Assembly: GCF_035084215.1 (NCBI RefSeq)
Contig: NC_090325.1
Span: 115,568,001 to 115,632,000 of the forward strand
Direction: 5' to 3'
DNA length: 64,000 bases
DNA from: Heptranchias perlo
Taxonomy: Eukaryota
Shown: positions 1 to 11,630 of the stretch, piece by piece
Layout of the letters: every line of letters starts with the position of its first letter
Position numbering within the stretch: the first letter of the stretch is position 1
Translations under genes and position numbers: made by a program
The notes under the pieces: model-generated
The model's input: the letters and a program-made list of their open reading frames with translations, nothing else
The model's database searches: none
What the model was told of the DNA's origin: nothing

Positions 1-330
1 CAATGGCAGAAGGGTCACTAACCAGAGGTCACGTATTTAAGGTGATTGGCAAAAGAACCAGAGGAGACATGAGGAAAAAAATATTTAAGCAGCGAGTTGT
101 TATGATCTAGAATGCAATGCCTGAAAGGGTGGTGGAAGTAGATTCAATAATGGAATTTGATAATTTCAAAAGGGAATTGGATAAATACTTGAAAGGGGAA
201 AATCTGTAGGGCTATGGGGAAAGAGCAGGGGGAGTGGAACTAATTGGATAGCTCTTACCAAGAGCCGGCACAGGCACAATGGGCCGAATGGCCTCCTTTT
301 ATACTGTATAATTTTATGATTCTATGATAG
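1..330 (+). mobile_element. CR1 LINE 3' end
   Basis: TRGH / RV..IWN.LP-type coding remnant, GGGCCGAATGGCCTCCT hairpin and TATGATTC tail. Confidence 0.85.
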
Positions 331-900
331 CGCCTTTAATGTAGTAAAACTTCCCACAGTGCCTCACAGGAGCGTTATCGAACAAAAATTGACAATGAGC
401 CACATAAAGAGATATTAGAGGCAAAATGCTGCAGATGCTGGAAATCTAAAGGGTCATCGACCTGAAACATTAACTGTTTCTTTCTCCATAGATGCTGCCT
501 GACTTGCTGAGTACTTCCAGCATTTTCTGTTCTTATTAAAAAGGTATTAGGACAGATGAACAAAGGCTTGGTTAAAGAGTTAGGTTTTAAGGAGCATCTT
601 AAAGGAGGAGAGACAGGAAAAGAGGCGGAGAGGTTTAGGAAGGGAATTCTGGAACTTAGGGCCTTGGGCAGCTGAAGGCCAATGCGGGGCGACAGAAGTC
701 AGGCATGTGCGAGGGGCCAGAATTGGAGGAGCGCAAAGATCTCGGAGGGTTGTAGGACTGGAGGAGGTTGCAGAGATAGGGAGGGGGGAGGCCATAGAGG
801 GATTTGAGCACAAGGATGAGAATTTTAAATTCAAGACGTTGCCAGACTGGGAGCCAATGTAGGTCAGCGAGCACAGGGGTGATGGGTGAACAGGATCTAA
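331..900 (-). mobile_element. L2-type LINE 3' fragment
   Basis: LADLHWLPVWQRLEFKILILVLKSLYGLPPPYLCNLLQSYNPPRSLRSS is a typical L2 ORF2 C-terminus. Confidence 0.85.
417..540 (+). mobile_element. Penelope-like family 2 short terminal remnant inside an L2
   Basis: GGTCATCGACCTGAAACATTAACT...GATGCTGCCTGACTTGCTGAGTACTTCCAGCATTTTCTG matches the reverse complement of 41230-41312. Confidence 0.7.
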
Positions 901-2639
901 TTTTTCAGAATGCATCAATGCCAGTCAGCTGTACTGATAGAATATTGTTCATTAGCCCGAGCAGTTTCTACTCAAAAATTGTTAAAAATTATTTGAAGAA
1001 AATCTTTATTTGGGAAAAATTATATTGAGAAAAAAATGACACACCTATTGCAGCTTTTGTTTTGTGTTTTATGAAGTGTTACAGTGAGGGGATGGGGAAG
1101 GAGGGAAAATATGAATGGCTTTTTTTCCCCATTTATTGCTGCTTCAATTTCCAAAAAAGTTGAATTTTGAAGCTGTGTTCTGTTGACAGTTCGAAAAGGT
1201 AATTGCTAATCACTTACAGCTGTGAGACAAATTCTAATTTCTAACATCTATTAGATTGAGGGGAAGAGACAGTGAGAAACACACACAAAGATACAAATAG
1301 AAAGAAAGGCAGATTCTTTCCTCATTCTAATTTGATTTTTTTTTTAAAAACCAGTTGAATTTCAAAAGCAAACAATACCTCTGAGGGAAACAGAAGGGGG
1401 GAGGGAAGGGGGAAAAGGGGAGGAGAAAACTGATTGAGGGTGTGGGGGCCTCTGACCTCTCATTCCTATCTGTTAATCTGTTCAAAAGAACTGGGATTTG
1501 TAAAACATCAAATAGTATTGCATCCAGCATATGTTCAAACGGTATAAGGAATGGATTTGAAACCACTGAAGCAATCCAAATTGGAGACATCAGGACCATT
1601 AAGAATGTCTGTGCATAGAAATGAAAGGGGCTATCTCTACATGTAAGGCCATAAACAGGGAGAGTAAAGGAGCCTTTTACGTTCCATGGTTCAAGCACAT
1701 GGTCTTTTCTACATCAAAGGGTCTCCAGTCACATGATCAAAGCCTTCCATTCTCTCTAGCATTTTGCTGCTTTTGCTTTTCTCCTGTTCCTGGTTTCCAC
1801 TTCACTCAGAACATACTTCTCAGCTTGACTCTTCCATCTCATTTCTATATCTTCAGCTCTCTCTGACTGTTACCAGTATGAGAGACAAACTTGATGTAGA
1901 GCACAATGTTATATTAGGATCTTAAATAAAAAAGATCGATGGATATTTGGACACTAAGGGAATCAAGGGATATGGGGATAGGGCAGGAAAGTGGAGTTGA
2001 GATTGAAGATCAGCCATGATCTTACTGAATGGTGGAGCAGGCTCGAGGGGCCATATGGCCTACTCATGTTCCTATTTCTTATTACTTATTATTACTAAAC
2101 TGTCAATCATTGAGGTACATTAGTGAATGAGGCATAGCAACAGGGAGCGATTGGACAAAAAGAATGGCACTCCTCAATCCTACTGGTAAAAACAATACAT
2201 AAGGAAGACTTTGAGAGAAGAACGGCCTCTTCACCACATGGCAGTCACAAGGAACGTACACTGCAGTCGGACATCATGCAAGAAGAGGACCTCGAGACAC
2301 AAGAAGCTGATCGCTTCTGAGCTGCCTCGACGAGTAAAATCCTTGGTTTAAAGGTTGTATACATTACATGATTTGCCTGATGTGTGTATGAATTGTTAAG
2401 TCATTACATAATAGCATTACAAATTATTAAGCGTATAACAGGATTTTATGGAGGAAAGTCATATGCATGGTTTGATTTTGCTTCATGGATGCTCATATGA
2501 ATAACATCATTAAAAAATTACTTTTGATGAACAAAACTAGCGTGAGTGAGGGTGACTTTCTTTGCTTGGCTATTTGTCCAGTTCCAAGAATCACTGGAAA
2601 TAAGGCATACCCTACATAATAGGACCCAATTGTCTAGGC

Positions 2640-3140
2640 TTCGAAGGCTGGATTGCCAGAGCTTGAAGGTCAAATGTTGCTACAGTTGGACATCCGAAAT
2701 TCTGATGGCGCTCGTGCCACAAGAAGTGAGGCGGGAAGTGACTTCCAGCTGCCGTAAACTCGCAGCACTGACCTTGCCATAAATGGCAGGATCAGATCAT
2801 TTTAAATACTGAGAAGTGTGAAGGCTGTATAAATATAACCCGCAAGGTCTCAGATACGTCGGCAGCGGAGGTGGATAAGAGAACACATAAGTTCCCTAAT
2901 GCACCCATAATTGTTGGCAGATGGGGATGGGGAACGTAACAGTTGTGTGAGCCAGCCTTCACTGTTACAATGATGTCTTCTTCTCTTCGCTCTTACAGGA
3001 ATCTCTGGTAACGGGTGGTGGTTCCCACGACACTAGACCGCTTACCCCTCACGAGGTAGAAGCTTTGAAAATCTTGAGGAGTCATGCGGTCAAACCTGTT
3101 GGAAACAGAGATGTTGGAGGGCCAGTAGCAGCTGTAGGTT
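2640..3140 (+). mobile_element. Decayed Harbinger-type Myb/SANT-like gene relic
   Basis: Remnant motifs (EVTS...R...C..KW.D and, after a TTACAG acceptor, TGGG) resembling PIF/Harbinger Myb-like proteins; heavily disrupted. Confidence 0.35.
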
Positions 3141-3496
3141 TGTTTGAACTATCGGCAGTTTCCCTATATAATGATTTAGGGGTGCAAACACACTAGCAAG
3201 CAACATAATCGGGAACATATCAAAAGATGCAGAGGAACTGTCATCGTAGCCACTTAATGTTATAACATTTTTTCATTTTCTTTTCCTCTAGATAATCTAA
3301 AGCAAAATACCACTGAGGGCAAGGAAAAAAAAAGAGGGAAGTGGGCTTCCAGCACTGGCCTACCGACCATATCCTCACCCACGTCGCCATTCACCCTTTC
3401 TCAGTCACCAGCCCAGACAAATCCACCCAGGAGCCTTGTAGATAGTTCCAATGAGGGTTTTTAATTTGATGAGACATAAGGCTGAGGGTGCTGGAG

Positions 3497-3973
3497 ACAT
3501 AGATGACATAGATTTTACAGCACAGAAACAGGCCATTCGGCCCAACTAGTCTGTGCTGGTGTTTATGCTCCACACGAGCCTCCTCCTTGCTTCATCTCAC
3601 CCTATCAGCGTTTCCTTCTATTCCTTTCTCCCTCATGTGCTTTTCTAGCTTCCCCTTAAATGCATCTGTACTATTTACCTCAACCACTCCTTGTGGGAGC
3701 GAGTTCCACATTCTCACCACTCTCTGGGTAAAGAAGTTTCTCCTGAATTCCCTAATGGATTTATTAGTGACTGTCTTATATTTATGGCCCCTAGTTTTGG
3801 ACTTCCCCACAAGTGGAATCATCTTCTCTCCGTCTACCCTCTCAAACCCTGTCAGAATTTTAAAGACCTCCATTAGATCACCCCACACCCATCTCTTTTC
3901 TAGAGAAAAAAGCCCCAGGCTGGTCGGTCTTTCCTGATAGTTAGAACCTTTCAGTTCTGGTATCATTCTTGTT
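3497..3973 (-). mobile_element. CR1 LINE 3' fragment
   Basis: LGLFSLEKR...GDLMEVFKI...TRGHKYK...RRNFFTQRVVRMWNSLP. Confidence 0.9.
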
Positions 3974-4069
3974 AAGGCCAGAGGGTTGTAAAGTGCCTCA
4001 TAGAAAGATGAGGGTCTGTTCCAAAAGGTGCCTAGACCAGTCATTGCATCCAACATGCATTCTTTTACT

Positions 4070-4164
4070 TCACCTTCACCTGACGAAGGAGAAAGCCTCC
4101 GCAAGCTTGTGATTTTCAAATAAAACTGTTGGGACTATAACCTGGTGTTGTAAGATTCCTTACA
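4070..4164 (+). mobile_element. Penelope-like family 1, short 3'-end copy A (hammerhead motif 4076-4112, GAAA mutated to GCAA)
   Basis: TCACCTGACGAAGGAGAAAGCCTCCGCAAGCTTGTGA...AATAAA...CCTTACA; near-identical to the 3' end of GIY-YIG-coding copies at 36038 and 42812. Confidence 0.85.
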
Positions 4165-4443
4165 TCTTACATTAGAGCTAAAAGTGGGATCTGATCATGG
4201 AGAACAGAGCCCTGGCTCCCGAGCTGTGGACTTTGATCTTAGGATCCTGCTCTAAAAAGGGCACTGAGGACCATCTTGGAGGACTCGAGAAAGGTGGCAA
4301 GGAACACAGCAGAGTCCAATGCCATCTTTTACACAAGCAACACTACCTGGAGCAAGTGGAGGCATCACAAACAACTGCATCTGTCTCTCCCTGACAAAGA
4401 GGTGCCCAGACCAGTCATTGCATCCAACATGCATTCTTTTACT

Positions 4444-4538
4444 TCACCTTCACCTGACGAAGGAGAAAGCCTCCGCAAGCTTGTGATTTTCAAATAAAAC
4501 TGTTGGGACTATATCCTGGTGTTGTAAGATTCCTTACA
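4444..4538 (+). mobile_element. Penelope-like family 1, short copy B (hammerhead motif 4450-4486, GCAA mutant)
   Basis: Same sequence as copy A; flanked by 9-bp direct repeat TCTTTTACT (4435-4443, 4539-4547). Confidence 0.87.
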
Positions 4539-4907
4539 TCTTTTACTATTGGCCTTCAGGCTTTGGGGAATATGGTGGCAACCAGCTTCTCAGAGCTCTG
4601 GAGCGCAATCTCACAAGTTCTGCAGAATTTAACTAATAACATCAGGCCAGCCCTCCCACAGATCAGTGAGCATTCAGATCCTGGACCCAGCACAAGTTGC
4701 TTGGTCAGAGTCTGTCGTTAGGCCATCCAATCGTCCTGTGACAGATCATGTGACCTTTTCAGCCCGGTCCCTCAGACGCCTGGATACAGGTCCAAGGTGT
4801 CCGTACCTGAAGTGGTGTCATTGCCTGCCGAAGGGACTGAGACAAGAACCACCTCGCTCCAAGAGATATCATTGGAATTTCAGCCCCTCCCCCGCCCACT
4901 TTAAAGG

Positions 4908-5077
4908 GCCACGATGTGGAGATGCCGGTGATGGACTGGGGTGGACAAATGTAAGGAGTCGCACAACACCAGGTTATAGTCCAACAGCTTTATTTGAAAT
5001 CACAAGCTTTCGGAGCTTGGCTCCTTCGTCAGGTGAAGCTGTTGGGACTATAACCTGGTGTTGTGCGACTCCTTACA
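4908..5077 (-). mobile_element. Penelope-like family 1, copy C: tail + 3' end + inverted terminal arm
   Basis: Inverted arms 4950-4989 / 5037-5077; 42-bp tail 4908-4949; CTTTAAAG direct repeat at 4899-4906 and 5078-5085. Confidence 0.87.
5000..5036 (-). ncRNA. Minimal Type I hammerhead ribozyme motif, intact core
   Basis: Minus strand reads TCAC CTGACGA A GGAG CCAAG CTCC GAAA GC TT GTGA: stem I TCAC/GTGA, stem II GGAG/CTCC, palindromic AGCT in place of stem III. Confidence 0.78.
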
Positions 5078-5249
5078 CTTTAAAGCCGATAGCATGCCAC
5101 AGATTTAATTGGGGTCTGCAACTGGGAATCACTTTATGAAATTATAAAGTTTACTGCTAACAATTGCTCAACGCTGACAGCCCCTTTAATAAATAACGGC
5201 CTGATTCAAGTTGATAAGAGCTACAGAAAGTGTAACTTTCAAAACGTGC

Positions 5250-5600
5250 CTTGGCAACGACTGCAGCGGTCGCTGGGAAAGTCGGCCTTGCACTGAGCTC
5301 ATCCCAGTAACAAGTGGGTGGAAACAGGACAACCCGGGGGGGGGGGGCCGGGCGTCACTCACCTCCTCGGTGTAAGAGCGCGGGTCCCTTTTAATGAGGT
5401 TCTGGAGCTGCGGTAAGTTACTGGGCAACTTGTTGTTGTTCCTCGCCGACATTGTCGATTCTTGATCCGATTGTTCCGATTAGAACCTGAGACAACGTGC
5501 CTCTCACTGGGGCCACCGCTCCTACCGTTACCGTGCGGGGACAAAAAGAAGCGCAGCGCGAAGCAAAAAGCAAACGATTTCGAAATCACAAGCTAAAAAA
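5250..5600. promoter_or_regulatory. CpG-rich promoter/first-exon region of SDAD1
   Basis: Local CpG enrichment around the SDAD1 start codon compared with CpG-poor flanks. Confidence 0.6.
5363..5452 (-). CDS. SDAD1: SDA1 domain-containing protein 1, coding exon 1 (gene continues beyond left edge)
   Basis: Translates [30 protein letters not shown], matching the conserved SDAD1 N-terminus; followed by GTGAGT donor at 5362 on the minus strand; lies in a CpG-rich patch. Exon 2 was not found in the window. Confidence 0.95.
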
Positions 5601-6844
5601 GAAAAATGAAGTGCAAATGCTGGAATTCAAATAGCTGTCATTGCACTCTCATATTTTTCAAAATCGGTTATTATCATGAGCAGATCCCAGTGGAACTTTT
5701 AGTTCGAACTTTGTTCTGGTTTTGACTTTTATTGGAGTGAGTTTGTGACCTTTTTTCTTTTTGGAATGTTGAATTACATAACAAAAGACACAACATGTGA
5801 GGAGAAAAGTCTAAACAAGTCAACATCTCGCTCTACACAGCAAATTCAAAGTACAAGTTTGTCGTGAGATCCATGCTACCTGTTAGGGTATATTGGCTTG
5901 CAGAATTATCTGGAGCCGGATGGGAAAAATCCCAGCTCCCAATGACAAATCTGTTCCTCCCAGAAGGGAGTAGGATATATACTTGAAAAGGAAAAAATTG
6001 CTGGGCTATGGGTAAAGAGCAGGGCAGCGGGACTAATTCGATAGTGCTTTCAAAAAGCCGGCACAGGCACGATTGGCTGAATGGCCTCCCTTCTATGCTG
6101 TACGATTCTGTGATAATGAGCCAGGCTGATAGGTCAATCATCGACAATGCCCTGGAGTATTGCAGGCCTGCCTCCCTCAGTTATTGGATTGCTTAAGATG
6201 CCATAGAGGCTCCAATTTTCCATTGCCAGGTGTGTAATCATGGAACCTCTCAGTCCCACAAGAAAATAGTCATTAGCTGGTCATCAGACAACTGATAAAC
6301 ACGGCTTGAGCACTAACAAGGTTGACAGTAGGTATCAGGAACTCCTCATGAGCTGCATGATAAGCAACACAACTCAATGTAACTGTTTGAATGCATTGCT
6401 ACTATCATTCTAATCATAGCATGGATGCATACCATACTCCATCCATCAGTTGAAGATACAGAAATTCAGCAGGGGCTGTTTATCTCTCTGCAACTCAATT
6501 ATGGAATCCAAGGATATACGACAATGTAATCATGCCCAGCCTTCAGTTAACACCTTTTGGCAATTGTTGTCTCAATGTTTCCCATCCGCTATACCACAGA
6601 TATCTGTATTCAGTGTGGTGGAAGGTCCTGCGTCAGACAAGTTTCAATGTACTTGTCATCTTGACATTCCAGATGTTCAAGGCCAACTGCTGAATTGCTT
6701 AACTGGGGTCATTAATTGGCAAAAAAGTGTGCCCGCCACGAGGCTGACTCTCTACCCCCACCCCCCTCACCCTGGGGCTCAGGACTAGATCAAAAGCAAC
6801 ATCAAAATATCATAGAAATTGAACAACAATTGTGATACACAGTT

Positions 6845-9800
6845 TGTGATGGAGGCCAATGTTCAGCTAGAGGAAATTGCGGCTCATCCAAGATTGGCTG
6901 TTCGACAAGTAGTCTGACATCACTGTGGCAGTGGATGGATCGAGAGAGGTAGTAGAGAGATAAAGATGGGTGTCATCAGCGTACACGTTTGCAGATGATA
7001 TTGCCAAGGGGCAACATGCCGATGAGGAAGAGGAGGGGTTAGATCCGGGGACTTCGGAGGTAACGGTATAAGGACGGGAAGAAAAGCCATTGCTGGAGAT
7101 GCTGTGACAGCAATCGGATACGTAAGGGTGAAACCAAACAAGGGTAGTCCTACTGAGCTGGACTACAGAGGAGAGGCATTGAAGGAGGATATTGTGGTCA
7201 ACCGCATGCAATTAAGGGAGACAAAAACAGCCATAAGATTAGCCAAGAGATCTCTGGAAAAGAAGAAAAGAATGAGGAAAAACTTTTTTACTCAGAGGAT
7301 GGTGGGTGTATGGAATTCACTGCCCGAATTGGTGGTAGAGGCAGGGACTCTCAACTCTTTTAAAAAGTACTTGGACCTGCGCCTAAAGTGCTGTAAGCTG
7401 TAGGGCTACGGACCGGGTGCTGGAAGGTGGTATTAGAATGGGCACCTGGTTGTTCTTCGAGCCGGCGCGGACACCATGGGCCGAATGGCTCCCTTCTGTG
7501 CTGTATCTTTTCTATGGTTCTATGGTTCTAAGATGGTGTGTAATTGTGGCAGTAATAACAAAAGCTTTTTTAGCTACGTCCGTAGTCAGAAGACCATAAA
7601 GGACCATATAGGGCCACAAAAGAATACTGTAGAGCAGACTCAAACTGATTCTCAGGTTGTGGCAGAGTTGCTAAATGACTATTTTGCATCGCTCTATGCT
7701 CCTGTAGATGATGCTTATGTTCCAGATGAGGGGTGCTCAGTATTGAATAGTATTATTAATATTAAAATAGATAGTAATGGCATCTTGGCTAGATTAGGAA
7801 AGCTCAAAATTGATAGGGCTCCAGGTCTGGATAATATTCATCCAAGGGTGATTAAAGAGATGGGACATCTGCTCTGTGATCCCCCCACCCCCACCCCCTT
7901 GCCCGTATCTTTAGTAGTTCAGTAGAGTCAGGGATAGTTCCCTTAGACTGGAAGCTAGCTCATGTAGTTCCTACTTTCAAAAAAGGGGTCAAATCAGAGC
8001 CAGAGAACCACAGGCCTATAAGCCTGACGTCCATTATTGGGAAGATGCTAAAAGGGATCATAAGAGATGCCCTTTATGATCACTGGGAAAGGGAAGGGGC
8101 CATTAGAAATACACAACATGGCTTCTGAAAAAATAGGTCGTGCCTAACAAATTTGATAGAGTTTTTTGAGGAAGTCACTAGGGTAGTGGATGAAGGTAAT
8201 CCGGTAGACATTGTCTATCTGGACTTTCAGAAAGCCTTTGATAAGGTACCTTACACTAGATTACTTCACAAGATAGAATCTTGTGGTATCAGTAGAAATT
8301 TGACAAGCTGGATTAGGAATTGGCTCCGATCCTACAGCCAAAAAGTTGTAGTTAACGGATGTAGTTCAACTTAGAGACATGTTACTAATGGTGTCCCTCA
8401 GGGTTTGGTCCTAGGCCTGTTACTCTTCATGGTCTTTATTAATGACCTGGACACTGGTGTTGGGAATATGTTAAGTAAGTTTACAGATGCCACCAAAATT
8501 ACTGCAAGGGTTAAGATGAGAGGAGTGCAATCAAATCCAAAAAGATTTAGATGTGCTAGGGGAATAGGCCACACATTGGCAAATGGTATTTAATGTGGAT
8601 AAATGTAGTGTCATGCATGTTGGTGGGTATCATTTGCAGGGAACAATACTGAAAGAGGTTGAGAGAGAAAAAGATCTTGGTGTTATTGTGCACAGATCAC
8701 TAAAGGTTCATGACCAATGTAGAGAAACTGTAGCTAAAGCTAACAAGGTATTGGTATAACCATTCAGTATAAATCAAAGGACACCATTTTGACACTATAC
8801 AGGTCGCTGGTCAGACCACATCTAGAGTACCGTGCTCTGTTTTGGTGCCCCCACATGGTGGGTGATATAACGGCCTTGGAAAAGTTCCAGAGGAGAGCTA
8901 CAAGAATGTCTCCTAGCTTAAAGAACCTCAGCTTCTCAGATAGGCTCAAGGACCTTGGGTCTATTTACTGTAGAGTAGACTTAGACGTGACTTGATAGAG
9001 GTCTATAAAATAATTAAAGGGTTCCTATTGATAGATCATTCCAGTTTAACAGGTTGGGAGGACAAGGGGACAAGAGTTTAAAATATGGAGGAGTAGGAAT
9101 AGACTGGATATTAGGTGGTTCTTCTTTTCTCAGAGAACTGTGAGCCTCTGGAATACATTGTCGGCTGGTGAGGTGGGTGCTGACTCCCTGCCTTCAAGAC
9201 AGAGCTGGACCGTCCTGACTGGGGCAGAGATCACACCATATAGAAGGTGATCTCCTGGACTGGTTTTGATCACCTGAGGGGGTCAGAGAGGAATTTTACA
9301 GAGTATTTTTTCCCTTATTGGCCCTGGGTTTTTTCTGTATTTTGCCTCTCCCAAGAGATTACATGGCTCCCAGGATGGGTGTGAGGTGGGTGAGGGGGTG
9401 GGGCGGGGCAGGAGAGGGAAGAAGTGTTTAGCCATGGTGGTTCAGTCACCATGGTGTGGGGCAGACTTGATGGACCAGCTAGTCTTTTCCTGCCCATTAA
9501 TTTCGTAAAGGCCACAGAGAGGTTGAGGAGGACGAGGAGGGATAGTGCAGCATGGTCACCGTCACAGAGGGTGTCATTTGTGACTTTGGTTAGGGCTGTT
9601 TCAGTACTGTGGTAGGGCGGAAACCTGATTGGAGCAATTCAGACATATAGTTGTGGAAAAGATGGACACGGATTTGGGAGGTGACAACACGTTCAAGGAC
9701 TTTGGAGAGTAAAGGGAGATTGCAAGGACAGAGGGGTCAAGGGAGAATTTTTTGAGGAGGGGCTGATGATGGTAGTTTTGAAAGAGAGGAGAACAGTACT

Positions 9801-9860
9801 TGAGAAGAGGGAACCATTTGCAATGTCAGTTGGAATGGGGGCCAGGAGGGAAATTGGGTG
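6845..9860 (-). mobile_element. L2-type LINE (-) split by a CR1 (+, about 7206-9500) that itself contains a CR1 3' fragment (about 7268-7530)
   Basis: L2 RT motifs (VDHNILLQ, YADDTHLY) at 6845-7205 resume at about 9505; the intervening + strand has CR1 RT motifs (VDIVYLDFQKAFDKVP, LVRPHLEY). Confidence 0.8.
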
Positions 9861-9862
9861 TT

Positions 9863-11010
9863 CATAAGAACATAAGAAATAGGAGCAGGAGTCAGCCAGA
9901 TGGCCCCTCAAGCCTGCTCTGCCATTCAATAAGATCATGGCTGATCTTCAACCTCAACTCCACTTTCCTGCCTGATCCCCATATCCCTTGATTCCCCTAG
10001 AGTCCAAAAATCTATCCACCTCAGCCTTGAATATACTCAAAGACTCCGCATCCCCAGCCCTCTGGGGTAGAGAATTCCAAAGATTCACAACCCTCTGAGT
10101 GAAGAAATTCCTCCTCATCTCAGTCTTAAATGGCTGACCCCTTATCCTGCAACTAAGCCCCCTAGTTCTAGACTCTCCAGCCATGGGAAACAACCTCTCA
10201 GCACCTACCCTGTCAAGCCCTCACAGAATCTTATATGTTTCAATGAGATCACCTCTCATTCTTCTAAACTCCAGAGAGTATAGGCCCATTCTACTCAATC
10301 TCTCCTCATGGGACAGCCCTCTTATCCCAGGAATCAATCTAGTGAACCTTCGTTGCACAGCCTCTAAGGCAAGTATATCCTTCCTCAGATAAGGAGACCA
10401 AGACTGTACACAGGACTGCAGTTGTGGTCTCACCAAAGCCCTGTACAATTGTAATAGGACTTCCTTACTCTTGTACTCCAACTCCCTTGCAATAAAACCC
10501 AACATACCATTTGCCTTCCTGATTGCTTGCTGTACCTGCATGCTAACCTTTATTGTACGAGGACGCCCAAATTTCTCTGAACACCAACATTTAATACTTT
10601 CTCACCATTTAAAAAATATTCTGTTTTTCTATTCTTCCTACCAAAATGAATAATCTCACATTTCCCCAAATATACTCCATCTGCCACCTTCTTGCCCACT
10701 CACTTAACCAGTCTATATCCCTTTGTAGGCTCTTTGTGTCCTCCTCACAGCTTACTTTCCCACCTAGCTTTGTATTGTCAGCAAACTTTACACTCTGTCC
10801 CTTCATCTAAGTCATTAATATAGATTGTAAATAGCTGAGTCCCAAGCACTTGCAGCACCCCATTAGTTACAGCCTGCCAATCTGAAAATGACCTGTTTAT
10901 CCCTACTCTCTGTTTTCTGTTTGTTAACCTATCCTCTATCCATGCTAATATATTACCCCCAACCCAATGAGCCCTTATCTTGCGTAACAACCTTTTATGT
11001 GGCACCTTAT
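9863..11010 (-). mobile_element. CR1 LINE 3' half
   Basis: KFADNTKLGG, LYRALVRPQL, RRNFFTQRVVNLWNSLP; CATAAGAA tail repeat. Confidence 0.9.
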
Positions 11011-11630
11011 CAAATTCAGCAGCTTATTGGGAATGGGCTCAAGGGAGCAAGCTCCAGTGGTCTGCGAGTCTGGTGGAAGAATAAAATGAGCATTGCAACA
11101 CCAATGGTGTAGACCTCCCCGCTCGTAGTGTTCTGACAGGGAGGTCTCCACCCCAAATACTGACCCATTTCCTCCCCCTATCCCGGGAAATGCTCACACC
11201 CATCCCACATTGCCAGCACCTACTGCCAGAGAGAAAATGGGAGCAGTAGTTAAGATGTGAAGTTGTTAAAGTCAATGTTAAGGTTAGAAGACAAAGTGTC
11301 TAATAGAGCCTTGTTGAACTAGAAACATACTGATCTCAGAAGCATTGTTAAGATGGCTCCACATGCTTGACCAGATTGTGTAAAAATTGCATTGGATTCT
11401 GATCCATCTGTTAACAGCTAAATCAAGTTTCCTTCATCAGCAATGTGTTAAATCATTGTTGTAAACAGAAATTTCATCCTTGTGACTTTGTTATTTGTGG
11501 AGATTTTTATCGCATCACATGGATAGCTGTGACAGATTTTATACTTTAACATTAAACACTTTTCATGTGATTTACTTTTTACAGCAATCACATCCCTGTA
11601 ATCTAAAATGTTCTGTGACTATATCAAAAT

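Noticed and set aside
3592-4119. 175-aa ORF beginning MKITSLRRLSPSSGE, with similar starts at 42856 and 43358
   Set aside because: Antisense reading of the Penelope terminal hammerhead region running into unrelated repeat sequence; not a gene family.
1-5360. Further SDAD1 exons
   Set aside because: No minus-strand segment encoding the expected next residues (FLQQY-like) was found; region appears to be intron 1.
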